Shown piece by piece: positions 48,275 to 57,771 of a DNA stretch of 64,000 bases (positions are counted from its first letter, which is position 1; the number at the start of each line of letters is the position of its first letter). The stretch is from an uncultured Lachnospiraceae bacterium (GTDB lineage: Bacteria; Bacillota; Clostridia; Lachnospirales; Lachnospiraceae), in contig CAYRZL010000003.1 of the NCBI GenBank assembly GCA_964428795.1, forward strand, positions 4,999-68,998, read 5' to 3'. The notes under the pieces are model-generated. The model was not told where the DNA came from and ran no database searches. It saw nothing but the letters and a program-made list of their open reading frames with translations. A program made the position numbers and the translations under genes.

Positions 48275-50668
48275 ATGAAGTCACAAAACACTACCAGATA
48301 TTTTTCAAGCGTTGTGGTCAGCGCCAGAAATGAGACTCAGCACCTGCATAAGGAAATAGAATTGATTTATGTCATTAACGGAAGCGTCAATGTATTTGTA
48401 TCAGACAACAAGTCCCATTTAAAAGAGGGAGATATTATTCTGATCAATTCCAACACGGTTCATTTTATACAGACTATGGATAAATCAATGATTAGCAATA
48501 TTTATATCTCGTATGAAATGATAAGCAAAATGATGGGGGAAGAGGGCATTGTCTTCTGGTGTAATTCTGTGGGATCGAATGAGACGGAGTATGAAACACT
48601 CTGTGATCTGATCAGGCAGATCATTTTGCTGGAATTGAATAAAAGTTCAGAGCGGATTTTTGAGTTACATGCCAGATATTTTCAGCTGATTGATTATCTT
48701 GTTCAGAATTTTAAGATATCTACTTCCCGATGGCTGGAGAACGCATCCATTACCAATGAACGTTACAAGATACGGGAAGTGTTGGAATATATTGATAATA
48801 ATTATCAGCACGATATCAGCCTGAATATGCTGGCGGATAAGTTATATTTGTCTGCCAGCAGCGTATCGCGTATTTTTAAACGGGAGACTGGCATAAAGTT
48901 TCCGGATTATGTGAATCAGATCCGGCTTCAACACGCGGTTGGCGAGCTGTTGTATACAAATAAAACAATTACGGAAATTGCAGTGGACAATGGCTTTTCG
49001 AGCCCCTCTGCATTTAACCGCATTTTTCGGGATAAATACTCTACTACCCCGACTCAATACAAAAAAAGCATGAGATATGCGATTATTGATGAACGCAGTG
49101 ATCTGACAGATGATGAGAAACAGAAACTGTCTGTTTTTATGGAGAGGCAGCAAAAGTCTTTCAAACAGCCGGATGGGGAGGAGGTCATATATTTTGACGC
49201 AAATACGAAAGAAGTATATCGGCCGGTTGCATGCGGAGCCGTCAGTTTTGGCGCGATCCACAAATTGAGCGACTCAATTATGCAGGAGCATCTCCGGTTT
49301 CTGGCAGACAATCTTCATTTAGAATATGTGCGTATCTGGAACATATTCTCACCGAAATCAATGATAATAGAGGATCTGAAAACCCGTAAGATCAATTTCG
49401 AATATCTGGATCATATCTTTGATTATTTGTTAAGTCTCCGGGTAAAGCCTTATATCGATATGGGCTCGCACCTGGAATGCGTTGTCCTGAACCGGCACGA
49501 AAGTTTATATGATGAAAAGGATACCATTATTTTTGAAAATAAAGAACAATGGGCATACTTTTTTGAATGTTTTATGGAACATATCGTCTTCCGGTACGGA
49601 GAAGAGGAAGTAGGACAATGGGTAATCGAGTTTTCCCGCCTGCCGATTGACGTTTCCTATTATTATGGGGAAACATATTTTGATGTTTTTTGCTGCGGAT
49701 ATCAGATCGTCAAGGAGAAATGTCCGAATTGTAAAGTGGCGGGACCCGGTTGGAGTTTGAACTGGAAAGAAGAACACTGGCGGGAATTGTTTGGAAAATG
49801 GATGGATCAGCCCGCGATTCCGGATATTTTGTCCTTTATCATTCTCCCGTGTCAGGATGATTTTCTGGGAGGCGTTTATGAAAAAAACCGGATTTTTGAC
49901 ATTCAATACATCAAAAACCAGATACATAAAATGAAACAGGCTTTAAAGGATGTCCATTTTCCCGAACGGCCGTTTTATATAGTAGAAATCAGCAGTATGG
50001 TTTCCAATCGGAACTTTTTGAACGATCATCTCGGGAGAGGAACGTATATGATCTGTATGGCGGATCAATTACAGAATGATGTGGATCGGATTTTCACCTG
50101 GATTGCAACTGACCGGGTGGATTTCAAACATGCTCCTGAAGGTCTGCTTCACGGGGGGACCGGCGTTCTGACAAAAGATAAGCTGCCGAAACCCGCTTTT
50201 TACGCAGTGCTTTTCCTGAATAAGCTGGGCAGATATAAAATGGGAAACGGTGTCGGTTATATTGCCACTTCAAAGCTGTCTAAAAGTTTTTACATACTAT
50301 TGTATAACTTCCACAAACTCAGTTACCGGTTCCTCCTGCAGGAAGAAAACCAGATTACTCTTCAGAATCTGGATATGATGTATCAGTATAATAGATGTGA
50401 AACACGGAGTTTTTGTCTGAAAAACCTGGAAGAGGATGCAGAATATGTGATAAAGAGCCGGGTAGTGAATTCGGATCAGGGAAGTGTTCTGGATGAGTGG
50501 AAACGTTTGGGATATGAATCCGATCTTCGCAGCGAAGACATTGCGTATCTGCAAAGCATCTGCAACCCCAGGGTGTATCTGGAACGCAAGACGGCAAAAG
50601 AAGGCGCCATAAGCATGACCGTTACACTTCAGCCGCATGAAATCAGATTGATACATATTTACAGATAA
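48275..50668 (+). CDS. AraC-family transcriptional regulator fused to a glycoside-hydrolase-39-like (TIM-barrel) domain
   Basis: 797 aa. An N-terminal cupin-like sensor, then an AraC double HTH (LADKLYLSASSVSRIFKRETG ... ITEIAVDNGFSSPSAFNRIFRDKY), then a roughly 500-aa C-terminal region resembling GH39 beta-xylosidase-type domains (LEYVRIWNIF ... GQWVIEFSRLP ... FYIVEIS). The position of the GH39 WNEP acid/base motif reads FSRLP. Confidence 0.65.
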   Translation: MKSQNTTRYFSSVVVSARNETQHLHKEIELIYVINGSVNVFVSDNKSHLKEGDIILINSNTVHFIQTMDKSMISNIYISYEMISKMMGEEGIVFWCNSVGSNETEYETLCDLIRQIILLELNKSSERIFELHARYFQLIDYLVQNFKISTSRWLENASITNERYKIREVLEYIDNNYQHDISLNMLADKLYLSASSVSRIFKRETGIKFPDYVNQIRLQHAVGELLYTNKTITEIAVDNGFSSPSAFNRIFRDKYSTTPTQYKKSMRYAIIDERSDLTDDEKQKLSVFMERQQKSFKQPDGEEVIYFDANTKEVYRPVACGAVSFGAIHKLSDSIMQEHLRFLADNLHLEYVRIWNIFSPKSMIIEDLKTRKINFEYLDHIFDYLLSLRVKPYIDMGSHLECVVLNRHESLYDEKDTIIFENKEQWAYFFECFMEHIVFRYGEEEVGQWVIEFSRLPIDVSYYYGETYFDVFCCGYQIVKEKCPNCKVAGPGWSLNWKEEHWRELFGKWMDQPAIPDILSFIILPCQDDFLGGVYEKNRIFDIQYIKNQIHKMKQALKDVHFPERPFYIVEISSMVSNRNFLNDHLGRGTYMICMADQLQNDVDRIFTWIATDRVDFKHAPEGLLHGGTGVLTKDKLPKPAFYAVLFLNKLGRYKMGNGVGYIATSKLSKSFYILLYNFHKLSYRFLLQEENQITLQNLDMMYQYNRCETRSFCLKNLEEDAEYVIKSRVVNSDQGSVLDEWKRLGYESDLRSEDIAYLQSICNPRVYLERKTAKEGAISMTVTLQPHEIRLIHIYR

Positions 50669-50673
50669 TAAAA

Positions 50674-50748
50674 AAAACCTTGTCATTTTTTGCAGAGACT
50701 ATGGAAAAGAAGTCCTGAATCTGCAAAAAACGGCAAGGTTTTGTTTTT
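50674..50748 (+). terminator. Long-stem rho-independent terminator after the AraC/GH39-like gene
   Basis: Roughly 23-bp imperfect stem (50674-50696 pairs with 50720-50742; one mismatch, one G-U pair) followed by GTTTTT. Confidence 0.8.
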
Positions 50749-50861
50749 GCGTGAAAAGCGCAGAGAACCTGAAAATGATAGAATCAGAACATCGAAAACG
50801 TCGTTTTATCCGGAGAAACGACTGTTTGTGATAGAAAATTTTTTTTAACAGGAGGGGAAAA

Positions 50862-52076
50862 ATGAAGAAGAGAGTAATTTCTTTGGTATTAGCAACTGTA
50901 ATGACGGCAGGACTTTTTATCGGCTGCGGATCTTCGGATACTTCTGGAACTTCCGAAGAGTCAGCTTCTGTCAATGAAAACAACGAAACAGCGGATTCCG
51001 GTACATCCGGGGAAAGCGGCGGCGAAGGGGAGTTTACAGTCGGTTATAACTATTATGGTTCCGGTTCGTACGCCTTGTTGTCTCTGGCAAACAACTCCAA
51101 ATATGCGATTGAGTATATGGGAGATACGGCAATGGGAACGGATGACAACTTTTCTGTAGAGTCCATGGTGTCCGATATCGAGAACATGATCAATGCGGGC
51201 TGCGATGGCGTCATCGTATGGCTTCCTGTTGACAGTTTATATTTGACTGTTGCAGATATCTGTGAGGAATATGAAGTGCCTTTTGTGTTAAATGATAAAA
51301 TCCCGAGCGATTCTGAAATTCTTGCAGAACTTAAAGAAAATCCATACTTCATCGGCGCTGTTTCACCTGCAAACGCGATTTATGGCGAAGCGATTGCCGA
51401 GTATGCGCTGTCCCAGGGATATAAGAGCTGTATCGTTTCTACGGCAGGCGTAGGAGATCCATCCGATACGCCGCGTCTGGAAGCTTTCCAGGAAGCATTT
51501 GAAGCGGGCGGCGGACAGATTCTGGATATCTTATATGCAGATTCTTCTGATGGTGCGCAGCAGCAGATTGAAGATTCCCTTGTAGCAAATCCAAATCCGG
51601 ATTTCATATATGGTACCGGTTCTGACTATGGTATCGGAGCAGTTGGAGCTCTTTCCAATGCGGGAAACACTGAAACGGCGGTTTTGACATCTGGTCTTGA
51701 CTCCCAGGTTTTACAGTATGCGGCAGACGGAAAAATTGAAATGGTTAACGGTGATTTCTGGGTAGCGGGTTATTTCTCCGCAGTAATCATGGAAGCTTAT
51801 TTACATGGAAATCAGCTTCTGGATGCTGATGGGAACGTTCCGTATATTGATGATATCGAGCCTTTTGATGTTCCCGCAACAGCTATAGACGCATACCAGA
51901 AATGCTTTGTTGATGAGACCTGTTATTCAGAGGAAGAGACACAGGCTCTTGCAAACGGCACATATGATGAATTTATGGATGCAGTAAACAGCTATAGTTT
52001 CAAGGAACGTGTGGAAAAGAAGCTTGCAGACGGCACGATTACAGCTGAGGAGGCTGCGACAGCCGGGGTAGAGTAA
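50862..52076 (+). CDS. Sugar ABC transporter substrate-binding lipoprotein (type I PBP, CUT2/ribose-like class)
   Basis: 404 aa with a strong RBS (AGGAGGGG), a signal peptide plus lipobox (LFIGCGSS) and a Ser/Glu-rich linker. The Peripla_BP_4-like core follows (FTVGYNYYGSG ... DGVIVW ...). Confidence 0.8.
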   Translation: MKKRVISLVLATVMTAGLFIGCGSSDTSGTSEESASVNENNETADSGTSGESGGEGEFTVGYNYYGSGSYALLSLANNSKYAIEYMGDTAMGTDDNFSVESMVSDIENMINAGCDGVIVWLPVDSLYLTVADICEEYEVPFVLNDKIPSDSEILAELKENPYFIGAVSPANAIYGEAIAEYALSQGYKSCIVSTAGVGDPSDTPRLEAFQEAFEAGGGQILDILYADSSDGAQQQIEDSLVANPNPDFIYGTGSDYGIGAVGALSNAGNTETAVLTSGLDSQVLQYAADGKIEMVNGDFWVAGYFSAVIMEAYLHGNQLLDADGNVPYIDDIEPFDVPATAIDAYQKCFVDETCYSEEETQALANGTYDEFMDAVNSYSFKERVEKKLADGTITAEEAATAGVE

Positions 52077-52126
52077 AACAGAACCGGGATTTTTCAAATA
52101 TCCGGATTGAAAAATTCTCACAGTAT

Positions 52127-52159
52127 TTCAGCGGTCTGTGTGTTTCACAGACCGCTGAA
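52127..52159 (+). other. Intra-operon stem-loop after the binding-protein gene
   Basis: Perfect 14-bp stem ttcagcggtctgtg / cacagaccgctgaa with a 5-nt loop and no T-run. Its position after the SBP gene is typical of mRNA-stabilising or partial-termination hairpins in ABC operons. Confidence 0.6.
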
Positions 52160-52177
52160 TGAAAAATGGAGGAAGAC

Positions 52178-53155
52178 ATGGCAAATATTAAAGGCGGGTT
52201 AAAAAACAATCTGGCTGCAAAACGTATTATGCTGATTATTGCAGTTGTTCTTATTTTTGTGGTGGAAAATGCGATAACAGGAAATGCTATGTTTACAGCG
52301 GGAAATATCCAGATAATTCTGATGCATGCCGTATTTCCGGCTTTTGCCGCGTGGGGGATGATGTTCATTTTTACCACAGGACTGATTGATCTGTCCGTGG
52401 GCGCCCAGGTAATTCTGGGAGCAAATATTGGCGCTATCCTTGCTATGGATTTGGGATTGGGTTACGCAGGCCTCATTATCGGCCCAATCGTAGTAGTGAT
52501 TATTTGCGAACAGGTCGTAGTGTTTTGCAATCAGAAATTAAAAATTCCAGGCTGGATCGCCGGTCTGGGATGCGGACTGGTATTTGAGTCGATACTGGTG
52601 ATGTGGTCCACGCAGCGTGCAAAAACAGCCGGGAGCTCTGTAATCACTCTCCCAGAGAATCTGAGAGCGCTCGGGAGATGGCCGGCCATGGTTATTATCT
52701 GGATTGCCGCGCTGGTCATAGCATATTTTATCTATAACAAGACAACGATCGGTATGAATTTGAGAGCTGTAGGCGGCAATGAAAGCGTTGCTTCCGCAAT
52801 GGGTATCAACAAAGGAAAAGCAATTATCCTGGCTGCGCTGGTTGGCGCTTTATTTGTCGGCGTTGGCTCTGTACTGGATATCAGTTATGCGGGTAAACTG
52901 GCGCCGGCCAGTGGTCTTGGTAGCATTTCCACGATTTTTAAAGGTCTGGCGGTGGTTCTTCTGGCACAATCCTTTTCGGCGATCATCAGCGATGCGATCG
53001 GCGTTTTCATCGCGGCGATTTTTATTCAGGGATTATTTAATTTTCTGACAATTATGGGCGTTCCTTCCGGAACCGGACAGGATGTGTTCCTGGGGGTTGT
53101 AGTAATTGCCTGCGGAGTACTGGCAAGACTGAAATATAAGGGGGTGGCTAAATAA
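52178..53155 (+). CDS. Sugar ABC transporter permease (RbsC/BPD_transp_2-like)
   Basis: About 325 aa from the ATG at 52178 (RBS GGAGGAAG). Multi-TM, with the conserved region MNLRAVGGNESVASAMGINKGK. Confidence 0.85.
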   Translation: MANIKGGLKNNLAAKRIMLIIAVVLIFVVENAITGNAMFTAGNIQIILMHAVFPAFAAWGMMFIFTTGLIDLSVGAQVILGANIGAILAMDLGLGYAGLIIGPIVVVIICEQVVVFCNQKLKIPGWIAGLGCGLVFESILVMWSTQRAKTAGSSVITLPENLRALGRWPAMVIIWIAALVIAYFIYNKTTIGMNLRAVGGNESVASAMGINKGKAIILAALVGALFVGVGSVLDISYAGKLAPASGLGSISTIFKGLAVVLLAQSFSAIISDAIGVFIAAIFIQGLFNFLTIMGVPSGTGQDVFLGVVVIACGVLARLKYKGVAK

Positions 53156-54657
53156 TGAAGGATATTGTTTTAAAAGTGGAACACCTCTGTAAATATTTTG
53201 GGGCGACAAAGGCAAATGACGACCTGAATATCGAAATACCGAGAGGATCTGTTCTCGGTCTGGCAGGCGAGAACGGTTCAGGTAAATCCACGCTGGCTTC
53301 CATGATCTGCGGCAACGCGAAACCAACCAGCGGGAAAATGTATTATGAAGACAAAGAGTATGCGCCGAACAGTCTTGTGGATGCAAATAATGCCGGCATT
53401 GCGATGGTTCTGCAGGAACTGGGTGTTGTCGGAAATATGAGTCCGATCATCAATATGTTTCTCGGGAGGACAAATCAGTTTAAAAAAGGGCCGATTCTTG
53501 ATATTGGCGCAATGAAACGCAAGGCAGATGAAACATTTAAAAAATGGGGTCTGACAAAGGTGCCGATGGATGGAGTGGCGGACGCACTTTCCATTGAGCA
53601 GAGAAAGATTCTTGAACTTGCCAGAGCATTATCAGTGAATCCAAAATTTCTGATCCTTGATGAAATTTCCCAGGCTTTGTCCCAGGATAACCGGGATATG
53701 CTGTATAAGTTTATCAAAGATTTTACGGCGCAGGGCGGGACGATCCTGATGGTTACGCATGATTTGGAAGAAATGATGGATGTCTGTACCCATATCAGCG
53801 TACTTCGCGACGGCAGGATTATCGAGACAAAATTAACTTCTGAATACTCCATGGATGAGCTGAAGAGGATGATGATCGGCCGAGAGGTTTCCGGCGATTA
53901 TTACCGTGATGATCAGGAGGAATGCTATCAGGATGAAGTAATTCTTAAGGTGGAAAACCTGAACGTCCCCGAAAAGCTGAAAAACATTAATTTTGAACTT
54001 CACAAAGGCGAGATACTTGGTGTCTGCGGACTTTCAGATGGCGGGATTCACGATCTTGGGCCGGCGTTGTTTGGTATTTCAGAACATCGGACCGGGACTG
54101 TTCGCTGTGTGCTGCATGACCGCGAGTTGAAAAAACCGATGGATATGATCGAATCAAAGGGGGCTTATCTCTCAAAAGACAGAGATGCGGACGGTCTTAT
54201 GCTGAACGCGACTATCGGGCAGAATATTGCCGCGCCAAACGTCCGTTTGCTGAAAAAGAAACTGAGTTTCCTGAGTCCGGCGTCAGTAAATAAGCTTGCG
54301 AATCAGGCGTCAATTGATTTTGAGATCAAATCTTCAGGTCTCGGGCAGGTAGTGAAAAGTCTTTCCGGCGGCAACAAGCAGAAAGTAAATCTGAGCAGGT
54401 GGATGGTACAGGATCTGGATTTTGTCATTCTTGACTGCCCGACACGAGGTGTGGATATCGGTGTAAAGGCATACATCTACGGTGTGTTAAAAGAGTTAAA
54501 GGCGAAGGGCGTCGGTATCATTATGATATCTGACGAGCTGCCGGAGGCGATGGGTATGTCCGATCGATTGCTGATCATGAAAGAACACGAGATGGCCGGA
54601 ATGCTGAGCAGAACCACGGACTTTGTCGAAGATAAGATTGTGGAGGTAATGCTGTAA
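53155..54657 (+). CDS. Sugar ABC transporter ATP-binding protein (fused double-NBD, RbsA/MglA-like)
   Basis: 500 aa. NBD1 has Walker A GENGSGKST and Walker B LILDEIS. NBD2 has a degenerate P-loop (GLSDGGIHD), signature SGGNKQK and Walker B VILDCPTRGVD, which is the usual CUT2 arrangement. The start forms a TAATG overlap with the upstream stop. Confidence 0.9.
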   Translation: MKDIVLKVEHLCKYFGATKANDDLNIEIPRGSVLGLAGENGSGKSTLASMICGNAKPTSGKMYYEDKEYAPNSLVDANNAGIAMVLQELGVVGNMSPIINMFLGRTNQFKKGPILDIGAMKRKADETFKKWGLTKVPMDGVADALSIEQRKILELARALSVNPKFLILDEISQALSQDNRDMLYKFIKDFTAQGGTILMVTHDLEEMMDVCTHISVLRDGRIIETKLTSEYSMDELKRMMIGREVSGDYYRDDQEECYQDEVILKVENLNVPEKLKNINFELHKGEILGVCGLSDGGIHDLGPALFGISEHRTGTVRCVLHDRELKKPMDMIESKGAYLSKDRDADGLMLNATIGQNIAAPNVRLLKKKLSFLSPASVNKLANQASIDFEIKSSGLGQVVKSLSGGNKQKVNLSRWMVQDLDFVILDCPTRGVDIGVKAYIYGVLKELKAKGVGIIMISDELPEAMGMSDRLLIMKEHEMAGMLSRTTDFVEDKIVEVML

Positions 54658-55628
54658 TGAAGAAAAACATATCATATCAGGAGTTTGTTCCATTTATCAT
54701 TTTAGGCGTCATGCTTGTTATCTTCGGTATTTTAACACATGGCTCCATATTCCAGAAATCGAACATGATCAGTATGTTTGATCAGGCATTCTGCATTATT
54801 ATTGCGGGTTTTGGTATGGCATTTGCAACGACTATGGGAGCTACCGATATCACCCACGGAGCATTACTCTGTCTGGCTGCAGGTATTGGTTGTATGGCAG
54901 CGGCGGCAGTAGGCGCCTGGGCAACATTCCCGGTGGCTGTTGCCATTGGTCTCGGATCAGGAGCGTTTCTGGGACTTTGCAATGCAAAGTGGAAAGCAAA
55001 TTCTTTCATGATGTCCCTGGCGATGATGATTGCATTTAAAGCGCTGAACAGTTTGATTTTTGCGAATAACGTAGTATCTGCGCCCAGAGCGTTGAGATTT
55101 ATTGACGGGTTTGTTTTCAAGGTGATTATAGTTGTTATAGTATTTCTCATCATGCTTTACATCTACAATTACACTCCGTATGGTACTTATTTAAAAGGTC
55201 TCGGTGAGAATGAGATTGCCATGAAACATATAGGTATCAGTATTCCCAGAATAAAAATGATTGCATTTATCATTTCCGGCGTGATGTGCGCAATCGCAGC
55301 AGTGTTTAACGCCGTTCGAATTGGCGGTATCAACAACCAGATTGGTACATCGTTCGAAATGAACGTAATGATTGCAATGTTTATTGGCGGAATTCCCGTA
55401 GAAGGAGGTATGAAGTCAAAACTTTATAAACTGATCATCGGTGCATTTACAGTCATTGTTTTGACAAACGGTCTGACTCTTGCAGGCGCCGGAGGCGGTC
55501 TCACACAGTTAATAAAAGGACTGGTCCTTCTGTTTGCCGTCGCTTTGACACAGTTTATGAATACCAAGCTGAGCGCGATCGGACAGCAGGCAGCTGCAAA
55601 TCAGAAGAAATTACACACGGAAGCATAA
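54657..55628 (+). CDS. Sugar ABC transporter permease (second RbsC-like subunit)
   Basis: 323 aa and multi-TM, with the motif YLKGLGENEIAMKHIGISIPRIK. The start forms a TAATG overlap with the ATPase gene stop. Confidence 0.85.
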   Translation: MKKNISYQEFVPFIILGVMLVIFGILTHGSIFQKSNMISMFDQAFCIIIAGFGMAFATTMGATDITHGALLCLAAGIGCMAAAAVGAWATFPVAVAIGLGSGAFLGLCNAKWKANSFMMSLAMMIAFKALNSLIFANNVVSAPRALRFIDGFVFKVIIVVIVFLIMLYIYNYTPYGTYLKGLGENEIAMKHIGISIPRIKMIAFIISGVMCAIAAVFNAVRIGGINNQIGTSFEMNVMIAMFIGGIPVEGGMKSKLYKLIIGAFTVIVLTNGLTLAGAGGGLTQLIKGLVLLFAVALTQFMNTKLSAIGQQAAANQKKLHTEA

Positions 55629-55666
55629 AAAAATTAAGGACATAATAATAGAAAGAGAGGCTTAGT

Positions 55667-56785
55667 ATGGATAAATTAAAAGTGGCAGTGATCGGATGTG
55701 GCGGAATTGCTAACCAGAAGCATTTCCCGGCATTGTCCAATCAGTCGGATAAATGTGAGATGGTTGCTTTTTGCGACATCATCAGGGAACGGGCCGTTGC
55801 CGCCTGTGAAAAATACGGTGCGGAAGGCGCAAAAGTGTACACGGACTACAGGGAATTGCTGAAAGATAAAAGTATTGACGTGGTTCATGTCTGCACCCCG
55901 AATGTCATGCATTGCCCGATTACAGTTGCGGCGTTTGAGGCAGGCAAGCATGTAATGTGTGAAAAACCTATGGCGCATAATACCGAATCAGCCCAGAAAA
56001 TGATGGACGCCTGGAAAAAATCCGGAAAGAAGTTCACGGTCGGCTATCAGAACCGGTTCCGTCAGGATACGCAATTGCTTCATAAAGCCTGTGAATCAGA
56101 TGAATTCGGTGAGATTTATTTTGCAAAAGCCCATGCGATCAGAAGGAGAGCCGTCCCCACATGGGGAGTATTTCCGGATAAGTCCCAGCAGGGCGGCGGT
56201 CCCCTGATTGATATAGGGACACACGCGCTTGATATCACGTTGTGGTGCATGAATAATTACAAACCGGTTTCTGTCATGGGATCTGTTTTTGAAAAGCTTG
56301 GACATTCTGAGCTTGCTGCCCAGGGAAATATGTTTGGACCGTGGGATCCCAAAACCTATGAGGTAGAAGATTCGGCGTTTGGTTTTATTAAATTTGAAAA
56401 TGGGGCAACCATTTTTCTCGAGTCTGCCTGGGCTATTAATATGAAGGACTCCAGAGAGGCTGCCTGCACCCTCTGCGGTACCAAGGGAGGAGCGGAGATT
56501 GTGGGTGAAATGGCCGGAGGAAATGCGACGGGCAGGGAGTATAACCTGATTGTGAACGGAACGTATCATGGAGAGCTTGTTGAACAGCAGATTTCTGAAG
56601 GAGGTTCCATCGCGTTTTTCGAGGGCGGCTCCTCTGAGCCCAAGGATATTGAGTGCAAACAGTGGCTCGAAGCTGTGATCAATGACACAGATCCCTGCGT
56701 ATTACCTGAACAGGCATTTGTTGTAACACAGATTCTGGATGCAATCTACAGATCCGCGGCAGAAGGAAAGGAAATAAAATTATAG
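55667..56785 (+). CDS. Gfo/Idh/MocA-family NAD(P)-dependent oxidoreductase
   Basis: 372 aa. Rossmann N-terminus KVAVIGCGGIANQKH and the family EKP motif (VMCEKPMA). Confidence 0.88.
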   Translation: MDKLKVAVIGCGGIANQKHFPALSNQSDKCEMVAFCDIIRERAVAACEKYGAEGAKVYTDYRELLKDKSIDVVHVCTPNVMHCPITVAAFEAGKHVMCEKPMAHNTESAQKMMDAWKKSGKKFTVGYQNRFRQDTQLLHKACESDEFGEIYFAKAHAIRRRAVPTWGVFPDKSQQGGGPLIDIGTHALDITLWCMNNYKPVSVMGSVFEKLGHSELAAQGNMFGPWDPKTYEVEDSAFGFIKFENGATIFLESAWAINMKDSREAACTLCGTKGGAEIVGEMAGGNATGREYNLIVNGTYHGELVEQQISEGGSIAFFEGGSSEPKDIECKQWLEAVINDTDPCVLPEQAFVVTQILDAIYRSAAEGKEIKL

Positions 56786-56794
56786 TTGTCAGGT

Positions 56795-56820
56795 TTCAGG
56801 CAGCTTTCGGGCTGCCTGAA
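56795..56820 (+). other. Intergenic stem-loop inside the glycoside locus
   Basis: 10-bp stem ttcaggcagc / gctgcctgaa with a 6-nt loop and no T-run. Confidence 0.5.
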
Positions 56821-56837
56821 CAGTTAGGAGAGAATCG

Positions 56838-57752
56838 ATGAAATTAGGATTAGTGAGTGCAATTCTTCCGGAAATGAATTTTGAAGAAATATGTGAGTTT
56901 GCAGGAGAATATGGTATCGAATGTCTCGAGGTTGCATGTTGGCCTGCGGGAAAAGCAGAACGGCGTTATGCAGGGGTCAGTCATATTGATGTAGATCAGT
57001 TGGATGATACCAGTATCAGAAAACTGACGGAATGTTGTGTCAGAAATGGCGTAGAGATTTCTTCTCTGGCCTATTATCCGAATACAATGGATGCGGATAT
57101 TGAAAAGAGGAACAATGCGATCGCACACTTATATAAACTGATCGATGCGTCTGCGCGTCTCGGGGTCAATATGGTCACGACGTTCATAGGAAGAGATTCA
57201 GCCAAAACGGTGGAAGAGAATCTGGATCTTGTCCGGGAGATCTGGCCTCCGATTATCAGATTCGCAGAAGAAAAAGGCGTGAAAATCGCGATAGAGAATT
57301 GTCCGATGTTATTCACGAAAGATGAGTGGCCGGGCGGACAGAATCTGATGACTTCGCCGGTAAACTGGAAAAAAGTATTTGATATTCTGGACAGTCCGAA
57401 TTTGGGAATCAACTATGATCCTTCCCATTTTGTCTGGCAGCAGATAGATTATATCAAGCCAATATATGAGTTTAAAGATAAAATTTTCCATGTACATTAC
57501 AAAGACATTAAGATTTATCCGGATAAACTTCAGGAAGTGGGGATTATGGGCTATCCGCTTGAATATATGACGCCGAAGCTGCCGGGTTTGGGAGACGTGG
57601 ACTGGGGCAAATATGTTTCGGCTTTGACAGATATCGGATATGACGGATTTACCTGTATTGAGATTGAAGATAAAGCTTTTGAAGGAAGCCCTGAAAAAAC
57701 AAAAAAAGCTATTTTACAAAGTCTCGTTTATCTGCGAAATTTTATTTCTTAA
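56838..57752 (+). CDS. Sugar phosphate isomerase/epimerase-family protein (xylose-isomerase-like TIM barrel)
   Basis: 304 aa. AP_endonuc_2/TIM-barrel pattern (IECLEVACWP ... KIAIENCP ... NYDPSHF ... HVHYKD ... CIEIED). Confidence 0.85.
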   Translation: MKLGLVSAILPEMNFEEICEFAGEYGIECLEVACWPAGKAERRYAGVSHIDVDQLDDTSIRKLTECCVRNGVEISSLAYYPNTMDADIEKRNNAIAHLYKLIDASARLGVNMVTTFIGRDSAKTVEENLDLVREIWPPIIRFAEEKGVKIAIENCPMLFTKDEWPGGQNLMTSPVNWKKVFDILDSPNLGINYDPSHFVWQQIDYIKPIYEFKDKIFHVHYKDIKIYPDKLQEVGIMGYPLEYMTPKLPGLGDVDWGKYVSALTDIGYDGFTCIEIEDKAFEGSPEKTKKAILQSLVYLRNFIS

Positions 57753-57771
57753 TATCTGGAAGGAGAGAATT

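Noticed and set aside
47077-48291. 404-aa antisense ORF opposite glmM. Similar long antisense ORFs lie at 41085-41930 (opposite the PBP gene), 13452-14222, 10531-11142, 5317-5895 and 46089-46769.
   Set aside because: Each overlaps a + strand gene with unmistakable conserved motifs. Their compositions are atypical (rich in Cys, His, Ile and Arg), and none has a plausible RBS. They are treated as shadow ORFs.
50750-50861. Catabolite-responsive element (cre) in the promoter region of the sugar ABC operon (cgaaaacgtcgtttt)
   Set aside because: It matches the consensus TGNAANCGNWNNCA poorly, with 4 mismatches including the flanking TG/CA. That is not enough to call.
57640-57771. N-terminal extensions offered by the ORF track (for example 57640, 19908, 58758, 59242, 60326, 38518, 35848, 31895 and 17599) as true starts
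   Set aside because: In each case an internal ATG is preceded by a clear Shine-Dalgarno sequence at the proper spacing. The extension overlaps the upstream gene or encodes a non-conserved basic peptide.
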